Source: a virus (Duplodnaviria > Caudoviricetes). Taken from it: a stretch of 64,000 bases of DNA. The translations under genes and the position numbers were made by a program. Of this stretch, positions 28,405 to 39,314 are shown in pieces. How positions within the stretch are numbered: the stretch's first letter is position 1; the number at the start of each line of letters is the position of its first letter. The stretch is taken from positions 64,001 to 128,000 of the IMG/VR virus record IMGVR_UViG_3300021387_000796. The stretch is one strand, 5' to 3'. The notes beneath the pieces are model-generated. The model was not told the DNA's origin. It saw nothing but the letters and a program-made list of their open reading frames with translations, and did no database searches.

Positions 28405-29512
28405 TACACAATTAATTTCGATGAATGATATTATGGCGATTGAACGACCATATGATAAAAGACCAATATTCAAAATCTCTTGGAAAATGACAGATTTTTG
28501 TCCTTATAGTTGTTCATATTGTTATATGGCTAATGCCGTAGAAAAAGCAAAGAAATGTCAAAATAATCCTACACAGTTTGATGTGGAAGAAATATCAAGC
28601 CGTATTGATGAATTGTTTGAATGTTTAGGAAATAAAAAAGATAGTATTCAGTTACATTTGATTGGTGGAGAACCGTCTATATTTAATCTGATTAAAGTTA
28701 TTGATAAAATCAAAACGCCTAATCTTAAATATTTGAATCTTGCGACAAATCTTTATCGAAATGTGGATTATTATAAAGAATTAAAAAGGTACTGTAACTC
28801 TCGTGGAATCGAATATGGTTCGTCTGCATCATTTCATATAACACAATGTAATCCACAAGAATATGTTGATAAAGTATTGGAGTTAGGCGTTCAGACAAAA
28901 ATAGTTGTCAATAATGAAAACTTAAAATTATATAAGCCTTATCTCGAAATGTTTATGAATAATAATATTTCAATTGAATTAACTGTAGAAAGAAACAGTA
29001 AAAATGAATGTGTGCAATTAACTGATGATAATTTGGATTTTGTTCAAAAAGTAAGAGAATATCAATTCAATCGTAAAATGCAACACAAATCGTATTTACC
29101 ATATTATACAGTTACATTAAGAAATGGTCAGAAGATAAATTACAGTTCAAACATCGCAATGATTAATTCAATCAAAGAAGGTGCGTTGGATACGACTGGA
29201 TTTTACTGTACCGCAGGTCTACACAATGTACGCATTGAAAAAAATGGAAATCTTAAAAGAAGTGCTTGCCGATTGTGTTCTATGTATTTTAAAATGGGTA
29301 ATATTCTAAAAGGCGATTATGAAAAACCAAATGGGGAAATAATCTGTAAGTGTGAAGAAAAAGGTAAAGATGGTATCTTGCAAGAAAAATATTGCACGGC
29401 ATTCAACAATACATCGATGTACAGATTGGGATATAATAGAATTAATGGTATTTATAATGAAAATCATGGAATAAAAATACCAAACTATTGGGAAGAAACC
29501 TACGGACAATAA
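28391..29512 (+). CDS. radical SAM protein
   Basis: CPYSCSYC, IGGEPS, ATNL, ASFH, CTAG..SAC auxiliary cysteines. Confidence 0.88.
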   Translation: MYMNNTQLISMNDIMAIERPYDKRPIFKISWKMTDFCPYSCSYCYMANAVEKAKKCQNNPTQFDVEEISSRIDELFECLGNKKDSIQLHLIGGEPSIFNLIKVIDKIKTPNLKYLNLATNLYRNVDYYKELKRYCNSRGIEYGSSASFHITQCNPQEYVDKVLELGVQTKIVVNNENLKLYKPYLEMFMNNNISIELTVERNSKNECVQLTDDNLDFVQKVREYQFNRKMQHKSYLPYYTVTLRNGQKINYSSNIAMINSIKEGALDTTGFYCTAGLHNVRIEKNGNLKRSACRLCSMYFKMGNILKGDYEKPNGEIICKCEEKGKDGILQEKYCTAFNNTSMYRLGYNRINGIYNENHGIKIPNYWEETYGQ

Positions 29513-29532
29513 AAAAAAACAATTTGTTTTCC

Positions 29533-29561
29533 TTGACATTCTTTTAAATTTAATGTATTAT
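29533..29561 (+). promoter_or_regulatory. sigma70-type promoter
   Basis: TTGACA-N17-TATTAT. Confidence 0.7.
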
Positions 29562-29720
29562 AATGTATATTAAATTTATATGAGGTATTTAATGGTATTG
29601 GCTAATTATATTTTTGATGCAATCTGTGGAATTTTAATTGTCGGAATTCTAGGATTGGTTATTGTCGGTGAATTTTTTCTTATAAAAGAAACTTGGAAAA
29701 AATAAAAAGAGGGGTAAAAA

Positions 29721-31427
29721 TTGAAAGAACTTAGATTGATTGAAGGTTGTATTAAATTTCCAAAAGAATTACCTTATATTGATGAGTATTATACTAACTC
29801 TAACAAATTGAATCTTTCTTATAGAGCGATAAAATGGTTGTTTATGTGGTCAACGTTGGCTGATAAATACAAGAAAGATAAAGTTTATCAGAAAAACTTT
29901 TATACTTCTCTGAAAACCGAACTCAATAAAGAACAGAGAAATTTCAAATTTCCAATTGATTTTGAAAATACACTTAATGAAATGTATCTCATCAAGCAGA
30001 AATACGCAGAAGAAAAGAAAGAGTATAACAAAGAACATCGTAAAGAGATTGCAGAAGAAAATAAAAAATGGAAAGAAGAATACGGCTATGCTTTTGTGGA
30101 TGGTGAAAAGGTAGAAATCGGAAACAGTCTTATCGAAAGTAGTCGTATATTTATTGGTCGTGGAGATTGTTCTTGGAGAGGATTCATTGTAGAAGATGTT
30201 ATGGCTGAAGACATTTCAATCAATTCCTCTTATCCTTTCCCTTGTAATTATCCTACTCATAATTGGAAAGAAGTGTCATTTAAGGATACGATGTCCATTG
30301 CTACATACACAGAACATCTCGTGGGAAATAAAGATGTTACAATTCAAAAGGCTATTTGGTTTTCTAATAAATCATCATTCAAGGCTGATTCTGATGAAGA
30401 AAAATTTGAAAATGCTAGATTGTTGCAAGTAAACATTAAAAAAGTTACTAAAGCAATCAAAGACGCTTTTCTATCTAATGATATTAAAACACGACAGATT
30501 GGTTGTTGTGCCTATATTATAAGTAAATTTGGAATCCGTGCAGGTAACGAAGATAAACGCAACAACGGTGTGGTCGGTGCATCCACTCTTAAAGTAGAAA
30601 ATATTGAATTGTATGTTGACAAACTACAAGTGCATTTGAAGTTTTTGGGTAAAGATTCAATGATGTATGATAATACTCTAAAAGTTGATGCTGATGTTTT
30701 ACTTCCATTGTGGAAATGTATGGACGGTAAGAACTGTAAGGAAAAACTTTTTGATAGAATCACAAGTCATGAAGTAAATGAATTCTTGGGTTCAATTTGC
30801 AAAGATATTCCTCACTTGTCAAACAAGACATTTCGTACATTTTTTGGCACAAGTTTACTTGCAGAAGAAATTCAAAAAAGAGATTGGGATAATTTGACAG
30901 ATAAACAGTTCAAGAATCAATACATGGATTGTGCCAAAGTTGTAACAATTAAACTTAATCACAAGAAAACTCTTACAAAAGAGCAGAATGAAAAGATTAA
31001 TGAATCTACAAAGAAGAAAATCAAATCAGCAAAAGATTCATTTGAAAAGACAAAATCATCTGTAGAAAAGAAATTGAGTAAACTTGAAGGACTTGAATCA
31101 GATTACAAATCTTGTCTTGAGGGAAAGATTCTTAAAAATAAACTTGCAGAAATCAAGGAACAGAAAAACCAACTTAAAGAAAAGTTGAATAATGCTGAAC
31201 AGAAATTTAAAGATACAAAGAAATTAGCAAAGGCTAATTCTGAAAATCGAGAAATTGCCTTGACAACTGCCATGACTAATTACTCTTCACCAAGAGTAGC
31301 GTATTCACTTTGTAAAGAAACAAACCATGAACCTACAACAATCTATTCTAAAGCATTAGTTGAAAGATTTAATGTATGGGCAAGTGATACACCTACTGAT
31401 TATTGGAGAAAGTATCCAAATGTATAA
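29721..31427 (+). CDS. DNA topoisomerase IB, long (eukaryote-like) form
   Basis: Catalytic pentad GIRAGNE, FLGKDS, KTFRT, LNHKK, TNYSSPR; FIGRG cap motif; coiled-coil linker. Confidence 0.9.
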   Translation: MKELRLIEGCIKFPKELPYIDEYYTNSNKLNLSYRAIKWLFMWSTLADKYKKDKVYQKNFYTSLKTELNKEQRNFKFPIDFENTLNEMYLIKQKYAEEKKEYNKEHRKEIAEENKKWKEEYGYAFVDGEKVEIGNSLIESSRIFIGRGDCSWRGFIVEDVMAEDISINSSYPFPCNYPTHNWKEVSFKDTMSIATYTEHLVGNKDVTIQKAIWFSNKSSFKADSDEEKFENARLLQVNIKKVTKAIKDAFLSNDIKTRQIGCCAYIISKFGIRAGNEDKRNNGVVGASTLKVENIELYVDKLQVHLKFLGKDSMMYDNTLKVDADVLLPLWKCMDGKNCKEKLFDRITSHEVNEFLGSICKDIPHLSNKTFRTFFGTSLLAEEIQKRDWDNLTDKQFKNQYMDCAKVVTIKLNHKKTLTKEQNEKINESTKKKIKSAKDSFEKTKSSVEKKLSKLEGLESDYKSCLEGKILKNKLAEIKEQKNQLKEKLNNAEQKFKDTKKLAKANSENREIALTTAMTNYSSPRVAYSLCKETNHEPTTIYSKALVERFNVWASDTPTDYWRKYPNV

Positions 31428-31637
31428 ATATGTGGTGATGTGTTTTAATGAAACGAATAAAGCGTTTCATTTTTTAGTAGAATCGGCTGATGGATATTGT
31501 GCTGAAATAGAAGTCAGAAAAAGATTTCCGAATTATAAAATAAGTCAAGTTATCAGACTTGAAGAACTGAAATAATTATCTGAACATATACACAAAATAT
31601 ATTCAGATAAAAAATATAAAATTTGGAGGAATAAAAT

Positions 31638-32045
31638 ATGATTAAATTAAGAATTGGAAAAGAAGAAGTTGTTTATTCGGATGACGATTTGTTGGTAATG
31701 ACAAGAGACCAACTTAAACAGTTGAAACAAGATTTACAGTGTAATATGGAAGAAGTTTCTGCTAAAAGAGCAAGATATCAAGCAGAAAACAACGAAAAGT
31801 ATAATTCAAAAGAATACTTTACACAGATTGCCAAGTATAAAACCGTTATGGCAAATCTTAAACGAGCAATTGCTAAAGTAAATACTTATGAAATCGATGT
31901 TAAAGAAAATGATTTGAAAGACCGAGAACATTGGCTATGGTCATTTTATGTTAATGTAAAACATAATATTGACAAAAATGAATTTGAAAAACTTGTGAAT
32001 ATGACTGATAACAAAGCAAAATATCACATTGAAATCGGAGAATAA
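31638..32045 (+). CDS. hypothetical coiled-coil protein
   Basis: GGAGG RBS. Confidence 0.65.
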   Translation: MIKLRIGKEEVVYSDDDLLVMTRDQLKQLKQDLQCNMEEVSAKRARYQAENNEKYNSKEYFTQIAKYKTVMANLKRAIAKVNTYEIDVKENDLKDREHWLWSFYVNVKHNIDKNEFEKLVNMTDNKAKYHIEIGE

Positions 32046-32502
32046 AATGACAACATCGAAACATATTACCCCTTATGAAGATTTGGCTATAGAAAATGCT
32101 AATAGAAACACTTTGAAACAATTGGCTTGTGCAATTCTATTATCTGCGGTGGAAGATGCGGATGTGGAATTTTTGACAGATGATTACGAAGAGTGGAAAT
32201 ACTACAGAGAAAAAAGAAAAAAGAAGAGTGATTTTTTTACTGAAATCGATTATCAAATTGGTTTTAAGAAAAAACAAGAATATAAAGAAGTTTTGTTTGA
32301 TATTTGTGAAATCACGGTACGTTCCTCTGATATTCCTAGCAATGTTCTTGAAGAAAGAAGGATGTATGAAAGAAACAAAATGAAAAATCTTATGAAACTC
32401 ACTGGTTTTAAGAAAGAAACATTAATGAATATAGCAAAATTACATGGTTGGAAAATCGGCATTGATTATACAGAACCAAGTATGTTTGATGATAATTTTT
32501 AA
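32029..32502 (+). CDS. hypothetical protein (start probably 32047)
   Basis: ORF in operon with GGAG RBS. Confidence 0.6.
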   Translation: MKSENKMTTSKHITPYEDLAIENANRNTLKQLACAILLSAVEDADVEFLTDDYEEWKYYREKRKKKSDFFTEIDYQIGFKKKQEYKEVLFDICEITVRSSDIPSNVLEERRMYERNKMKNLMKLTGFKKETLMNIAKLHGWKIGIDYTEPSMFDDNF

Positions 32503-32514
32503 TGGAGAATAAGA

Positions 32515-33237
32515 ATGATTAAGATACTAGAAAAGCGTACAGAAAAAGACCCTCTTAATCACATTGGTGAAAATGCAGGTATCTGTTGGGGAGCAGATAT
32601 TTCCAATGAAGAGAAAAACATCAAACGTGGAAAATCTTGTATGAAAAGTGGTCACATGCGATGTGCTGAATATCCTACTGTAGAAATGATTTTGGATGAA
32701 TTTTCAGCGAGGGTAATTCGAGAAACATATACTCATATTATTGGTGTAACTAGACTTCAAGAATCGACAAGATATGTGAATTGTGCTGATTTTGGTTATT
32801 ATACACCAAATGGAATCACAGAAGGGCAGAAAGAAGTGTATGATGATATTATGAAAGAAATCATGAAATCTTATGAAACTCTTTTGGATTTGGGAATGAG
32901 TAAAGAAGATACTGCTAATATTCTTCCACTTGGAATGAATACAAAAATTGTATGGAAGATTAATCTACGTGCTTTGATTCATTTTATGAATATGCGAATG
33001 TGTAATCGAGCATATAAGGAAATCAGACAACTTTGTAAGGAAATTAAAGATTTACTTTCAAATTATTCTGATGAATGGAAATGGATTTCAGACAATTATT
33101 TTGTTCCGAATTGTAAAATGATTGGTTATTGTATGGAAGAAAAATGTTGTGGTCTTATGCCAAAAGGTTTGGATGGTTTGAAAGAAAAGATTATCAAAGA
33201 ATATCTTGATTCTCAAGATAATGATAATTTGAAATAA
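32515..33237 (+). CDS. thyX: flavin-dependent thymidylate synthase
   Basis: GH..CAEY, degenerate ThyX motif RETYTH..RLQESTRY, KEDTANILP, NLRALIHFMNMRMC..AYKEIR. Confidence 0.88.
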   Translation: MIKILEKRTEKDPLNHIGENAGICWGADISNEEKNIKRGKSCMKSGHMRCAEYPTVEMILDEFSARVIRETYTHIIGVTRLQESTRYVNCADFGYYTPNGITEGQKEVYDDIMKEIMKSYETLLDLGMSKEDTANILPLGMNTKIVWKINLRALIHFMNMRMCNRAYKEIRQLCKEIKDLLSNYSDEWKWISDNYFVPNCKMIGYCMEEKCCGLMPKGLDGLKEKIIKEYLDSQDNDNLK

Positions 33238-33267
33238 AATTTCTTGCAAATTAAATAAAAAATTGAT

Positions 33268-33957
33268 ATGATATATTCAAGGAGAAAAATATTGAAAAAA
33301 TACGAAGATGTGTACAATGAAGGTTTTATTAAAAATAATATTCTTCAAGTTCGAGAGAATAATAACAGAAAAGAAGTTGATTTTTATTTAATCAATGTAA
33401 TCGAAGATATAGAAGATTATATTGATTTTTTACGAGAAGTCGATTCATGTCGAGACGGTGATTTAATTACAATTCATGTTAATTGTTATGGTGGTAATTG
33501 CGATGTGGCTATGAACATATATGATTGTTTGAAATTGTCACCTGCGGAAGTGATGATTTCAATTGAGGGTGCTTGTTGTTCATGTGCATCGATGATTATG
33601 CTTGCTGGTAATTATTGGAAAGTTTACCCTCATTCTTATGTTATGATTCATGCTTGGTCCGAAGGTATCTATGGAAAATGGCACGAAATCATTTCCAAAT
33701 TTAATTACGATAAAAGTATATTTGAAAAACAATTTAAAGAACTTTACAAAAACTTTTTGAATGATTATGAAATAGAAGATTGTATTAAAGGAAAAGATTT
33801 TTATTTTGATTCTTCTGAAACAATAAAAAGATTGAATGTTTATCAAGAAGAAGATGTTAAATGTGATGAGGCTATTAAAAAAATCACTGATAAATATTCT
33901 TCTCTTGCAGAAAAAGAAGTAAATCAATACTTAAAAAAAGTATCTAAGAAAAAATAA
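33268..33957 (+). CDS. ClpP-like serine protease
   Basis: HVNCYGG, GACCSCASMI (Ser), VMIH (His), DFYF. Confidence 0.8.
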   Translation: MIYSRRKILKKYEDVYNEGFIKNNILQVRENNNRKEVDFYLINVIEDIEDYIDFLREVDSCRDGDLITIHVNCYGGNCDVAMNIYDCLKLSPAEVMISIEGACCSCASMIMLAGNYWKVYPHSYVMIHAWSEGIYGKWHEIISKFNYDKSIFEKQFKELYKNFLNDYEIEDCIKGKDFYFDSSETIKRLNVYQEEDVKCDEAIKKITDKYSSLAEKEVNQYLKKVSKKK

Positions 33958-33992
33958 AACTTTTCAAACATCATTATAATAGGAGAAAACTA

Positions 33993-36900
33993 ATGAAAAT
34001 GACAATTACAAAACTTAATGATTGGGTTAGAAAACTTGCTGAAACTAAACCATACCGCATTATGGTAAAGAATGGTGCAGGATTTTATGAAGTTCTTTTC
34101 TTGTATGGTGATTATCATTACAACGATAGACTGTATATGCAAGATATGGACGATGAATTGAATTGTCAGAAGAAAGTTTTGGCAATGTGTTCTACATTTG
34201 AACATAATTTCAAATTGAGGACTTTTTAATCTATGGAAAGAAAGATAGAATATTATGAAGAAGAAGGAATTGCTGATTATGTAGAACATCTTTCAAATTC
34301 ATCTATGGAAGAATGTATTGAATCTTGGCGAGATAATTTGGATGAAAAAATCGATTATCCTTGTGAAATTGTAGTGTATGGCTATGCTGAAAAGAACAAA
34401 GATACTTTTATTCCTAATGGCAAAGAAATTTTAGATGATGTTTTTGACGACTTGTATGATGACGGATATATCGATGATTACGGAAATTACGATGAAGATT
34501 TAATAAAATGTTCAAATTTACTTTCCGAATCGATTAAAGAAAATGTTCCGCCTTATTATGAAGCAGTTAAAAAATACACTGTGAAAGTGAATGAAGATTC
34601 ATTTGAAATTATTAAAGAAGGAGATTTTGAATAATGAAAAACAACTTCACATTTAACGCATCTATTAAAATAAAAGATTTAGATAAAATGGAAAAGGTTT
34701 TAAATTTGCTGACACAAGAAGGAGTTAAAAACAAGGATTCTGAAATTTGTGTTGCGTTTAAAAATTTGTTAAATCATTTTGACGATATACCTAAAATAAA
34801 AATGTATGACTTGGTTGATGCGTTTGCCGATTTTTATGAAGAGTTTCTTTATCCTTATTGTAAAGAAACGATTGGTTGTAAAAGATTTGAAGAATTTGAT
34901 TTCGAACAAGTACAATATGTTATGGACAAAATGAAAGAAATAATTTATACTCTCAGTGGACAGTATGGATTATAAAAATAATAAGGAGTTTATATGAAAA
35001 AAGAAATGTTTAACCTTTGGTACAATGAATATGGTAGAGGACTTGCAATTGATGCCCTTCCTATCGATGATGTGGATGAAAAAGAAATTCGAAGAAAAGC
35101 AAAAGAAATTTTTTCATACACATATGATATTTTTTCAGAATTTATGTGTGATAGACTTGCTCCGTTATATGACCATATCGTTTGTCAAAACGATGTGATA
35201 AATGAAATGCATAAAGAAATCTGTATGAGAAAAAAGGATGCAGAAACAATTCGTGACGAAATAACACCTCATATGACAAAATTGTATGATTCGTATTATA
35301 AAGAAAAATCCATCGATAAAGAACAATTTCACTCACTTAAAAAGTATTTTGGTGAAATTCTTTCCGATGCTAAAGAAAAGATTAATGCTTGTGATGTAAC
35401 GCTTTCTATTTTGAAACGTGAAAAGAAGTATGTTGAAAGTCTTTTGGTAACAGAATAAAAAAATAATTGTGTTGAAACTTGATAAGATTGTCGATAATAA
35501 ATTATAGACAATTTTATCAAGGAGTATTATATGAAGAAATTATTTGTAATCTTAGGTTTATTTGTTTGTAGTGTTTCTGCCTTTGCTATGGATTGGTCAG
35601 AGTATGAAATGATGTGTTTCATAAACAATAAAGAACCTAATTACGAAGAATGGGAATATCTTTGTACGGAAGGTGCAACGGATTATGGATATGATGGGTT
35701 TGATTTAGAAAATTTTCTAATCGAAAATGAAAAATAAAAGGATTGTTTTATGAAAAATTTAATAATCGATGGTTGGAATTTATTTAGTTATGATGGTATT
35801 CCTAATGATACGGAAGATAAAAAAACCGTAGCGGTTAAACAACTTGGTAATAACTGTGCAGAAATCATGTTGGATGTAAAAACTATGAGTTTTGAATTTG
35901 TAAAAAACGGAAATAATTTTTCACCAATAAGATGTAATAGATTTTCAACTTGTCTTAAAATGGCTGACGAATGGTTTAGAATTTTGGAGGAATAACGTGG
36001 GTGAAAATAAAAGTGGTAGTGGTGGAAGTTTTTTAGCAAGTTTGATTTTCGTAGTTTTTCTTGTAATGAAACTTACTGAAAAATGTGCTTTTTGGGGTGA
36101 TAATTTTCCTAGATTCTTGAAAAGTACAGAAGCGTGGTGGGATGGATGGTTTATGGTGTTTTTGCCATTATGGATTGGTTTACCAACGGTGTTGATTATT
36201 TTGTTGATTGGACTTATATTTATTAGGAATAAATAAAAATAATTCCATTACTGTAGTCTTGTAACTACAAAGGAGGGTAACACTATCTCAAAATGGACAA
36301 GTAAATGTGATTTCTGCGATGATTGTGAAATGATACACAATCCACAAGAAATCATTGAAAAATCAAAAATTTATTTGGGTGACGCAAGAGTAATGATAAA
36401 GGAAGAAAAAGATTTGATTCCTTATTATACTCATTTAGTTGCATCAGCATGTTACAACAAAGAAAGTGGTAACGTAATTCATCTATCAAGAGATTCTTTC
36501 ATTAATTCAGAAGAAAGAGAATTTCTTGCTTGGAAAATTCGTGATGTAATTGGTGCATTCAGAAAAGCAAAGAAAGAGAATGTTGAAGTTACGCTAGATT
36601 ATCTTAAATCAAAAAAGTATTATTTAGATAATACCGAGAAATTTATTTGGTTAGCATTGATTGATAAAATAAAACATAACACTGATTTGATTAAAGTTCA
36701 TCTTCCTAAAGATTATAGAGAATGTTCTTATTTTATCAGTGAATGGCTGATACCAAATTACTTTAATGATATTCATGATTCTATACACAATCGACAAAGA
36801 GAAGAGTTTATAAAGTTTGCTCAAGAAAACGGATACAGAAATTTTGAAGATGGGATTTATCATCCTATTATTTGGAAAATGTGTGCTGATATAAATGAAT

Positions 36901-37513
36901 ATTATAAAATGAAAGAAAAATATGGAGGTAATGTATGATTTATCCAAACGGTACTATTGAATTGAATAAACTAAAAAGAATGGTCAATTCTAAAGATTTT
37001 ATTGTATATTATGAAGAAAACACAAAAGAACCTACTAATTGGGATTGGAGAAAAGATGGTATTTTTCATGGAAACAAATATCCTATTCATAATGAAGAAG
37101 AACTAATTTCTTGCATTAGCAAAGAATTAAAAAATGAAGGAACAATTTGCTATGATGTTACAGAAGAATACTACAGAAAACATCCTTGTGAGGGTGAAGA
37201 AGTAATCTATGTTAAACCTAAGTTCTTTTGGGAGTGGCAGTCGCACAATACAAAGAAATGTTATTCCATTGAAGAATCATCTTATCTTGGTGAAAAACCG
37301 AAGAATGTTCCTTTATCGCTGAACTTGTTTGATGATAATTTTGAAGGAACTTGTTTTGTAATTGGAACGTGGGAAAGAGATAATGAAGGTTACGAATTCC
37401 GTTCTGTTGGCTCAAGAATGTTCGATTATGTTGATGATGAAGATTTGAGTGAAATTTGGAAGGCGATTAAAAACGCTGACAAATATTTGAACGATAGATT
37501 TCTGACAGAATAA
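33993..37513 (+). CDS. run of small hypothetical genes (33993, 34233, 34634, 34994, 35531 signal-peptide protein, 35750, 35997 membrane protein, 36330, 36935)
   Basis: Tightly packed ORFs with RBSs; no recognisable domains. Confidence 0.55.
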
Positions 37514-37723
37514 ATTATTTTTTAATATTAAGAGTAAATAATTTATCGTTTAGGTCTTTTATATCTAAGTCGTGTTTATCCAAGCGATGAGTATTTGAAT
37601 CAACTTTGGATGTAATACGACCTATTTTGTAGAGAATTACTGCTAATGATATGATTGTACCAATTAAAGTACAAGTTTCAACTATATTCATACTATAAAT
37701 AGTAGATAAAATATGGAGGAAAA

Positions 37724-38341
37724 ATGAGTAAAGAATTATGGTTAAAAAGAATTCGCAATTATGCTGGTTTTCTTGGTATGGTTTTACCTTGGATATCGCT
37801 CATAGGAGCATTGTTATTTAAAGGAACACAACCTTCGTGGAGTGATTTTTCAATTAGTGCGACATATTATGTAACACCTGCGCTAACGGCGATTTTAACA
37901 TCTGCTTCTATTGTTCTGATGTGTTATGATGGATACGATAAGTGGGATTCTTTTGTAACAACAATTAGTGGTGTGTTCGGTTTATGTATCGTTTTGTTTC
38001 CTTGTAAATGTAATGTGAGTTCTGATTATGTTGGTTTTTTCCAATTACCGATTAAGGTATCTAGTATCTTACATTGTACATCAGCGACAATATTTTTTAT
38101 TTTGTTAGCCTATAATGATATTTTTTTATTTACAAAGCATGAAGAATCTATGACAAGTAAAAAGAAAATTAGAAACATAGTTTATATTGTTTGTGGAATA
38201 GGAATGTTGTCAGCAATGATTCTTATGCCTTTGCCGATTCATTTTGATGCAAAGACTTGGTGGATAGAAATGATAGCATTGACATTCTTTGGGATTTCGT
38301 GGTTGACCAAAGGTGGAGCATTTAAATTTTTGAATGATTAA
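37724..38341 (+). CDS. multi-pass membrane protein
   Basis: About six hydrophobic segments, SISATYY, LHCTSA. Confidence 0.7.
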   Translation: MSKELWLKRIRNYAGFLGMVLPWISLIGALLFKGTQPSWSDFSISATYYVTPALTAILTSASIVLMCYDGYDKWDSFVTTISGVFGLCIVLFPCKCNVSSDYVGFFQLPIKVSSILHCTSATIFFILLAYNDIFLFTKHEESMTSKKKIRNIVYIVCGIGMLSAMILMPLPIHFDAKTWWIEMIALTFFGISWLTKGGAFKFLND

Positions 38342-38541
38342 AATTTAATAACAGAAACTATTTTTAGTATAATCGAGCGTAAACATTCCACCCCTTTAGG
38401 GTGGCGGTAGTTCACTTTCTGTTTTTTAATAAAAAAAATAATAAAGTAATTTAATTATTTTCCGATAATATAAATAACTTACATAAAAAGTCACCAAAAC
38501 TATACACTTTTGGTGACAAAATTTTTCTAGGAGGAAAAATT

Positions 38542-38739
38542 ATGAAAAAATTTATCAAATCTATTCTTTTATTTGTTGGCGCAACATTTGTATCACTTTT
38601 ATTTATGAACTTGTTTCTTAATGCATGGGATAACACAATGACTGATGAAGAAATTGTGTACTACTTGGAACAGTATCCTACAGAAGAAAAGTTGATGAAA
38701 TTGGCTGAAAAAAGAAACTTGATTGAAAAGGCTGAATAA
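38542..38739 (+). CDS. small membrane-anchored or secreted protein
   Basis: MKK plus hydrophobic stretch; AGGAGG RBS. Confidence 0.6.
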   Translation: MKKFIKSILLFVGATFVSLLFMNLFLNAWDNTMTDEEIVYYLEQYPTEEKLMKLAEKRNLIEKAE

Positions 38740-38855
38740 AATCATTTCGGCAAAAAAAATGACTTTAATAAAAGGGAAGTATCAATCTTCCCTTTTATTA
38801 TATACTACACTTTGGCAAAATACTGAAAAATTGCCAAAATGTATGATAATTTTTA

Positions 38856-38884
38856 TTGACAAAGATTTATCTTTTATATATTAT
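38856..38884 (+). promoter_or_regulatory. sigma70-type promoter
   Basis: TTGACA-N17-TATTAT. Confidence 0.65.
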
Positions 38885-38954
38885 TAAAAAATAATATTGA
38901 AAATAATTAACTATTTTTCATAGAAATATAACACCTTGATAGGAGAAAAATAAT

Positions 38955-39293
38955 ATGGCAAAAAATACAGTTGAAATTGATGAAGACCTTTTCATAGATT
39001 TAATTTATGAAAGAATCGATGAAGTAAAACATAATTGGGGCGATTATGGTGAAGAATTTTGGACAGATTGTATAGATTATCTTTCTGAAATCGGTTGGTT
39101 GAAACCTAATTACAATGACCCTAAATATATTGTTGATAATATTCTGATAAACGGTGAAATTTGTGCAGTAGAAGATTGTGCAGATAATTATGATGAAATC
39201 AATAAAGATTATGACGGTGATGTTGATGAATGGGCACAAGATAACGACTATTCTATATTCGGCGGTTACGTTGTAATTAACCTTGGACTTTAA
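38955..39293 (+). CDS. highly acidic hypothetical protein
   Basis: D/E-rich ORF, AGGAG RBS, TAACTAT at 38908. Confidence 0.7.
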   Translation: MAKNTVEIDEDLFIDLIYERIDEVKHNWGDYGEEFWTDCIDYLSEIGWLKPNYNDPKYIVDNILINGEICAVEDCADNYDEINKDYDGDVDEWAQDNDYSIFGGYVVINLGL

Positions 39294-39314
39294 TTTTTTT
39301 GGAGTTAAATTGTC

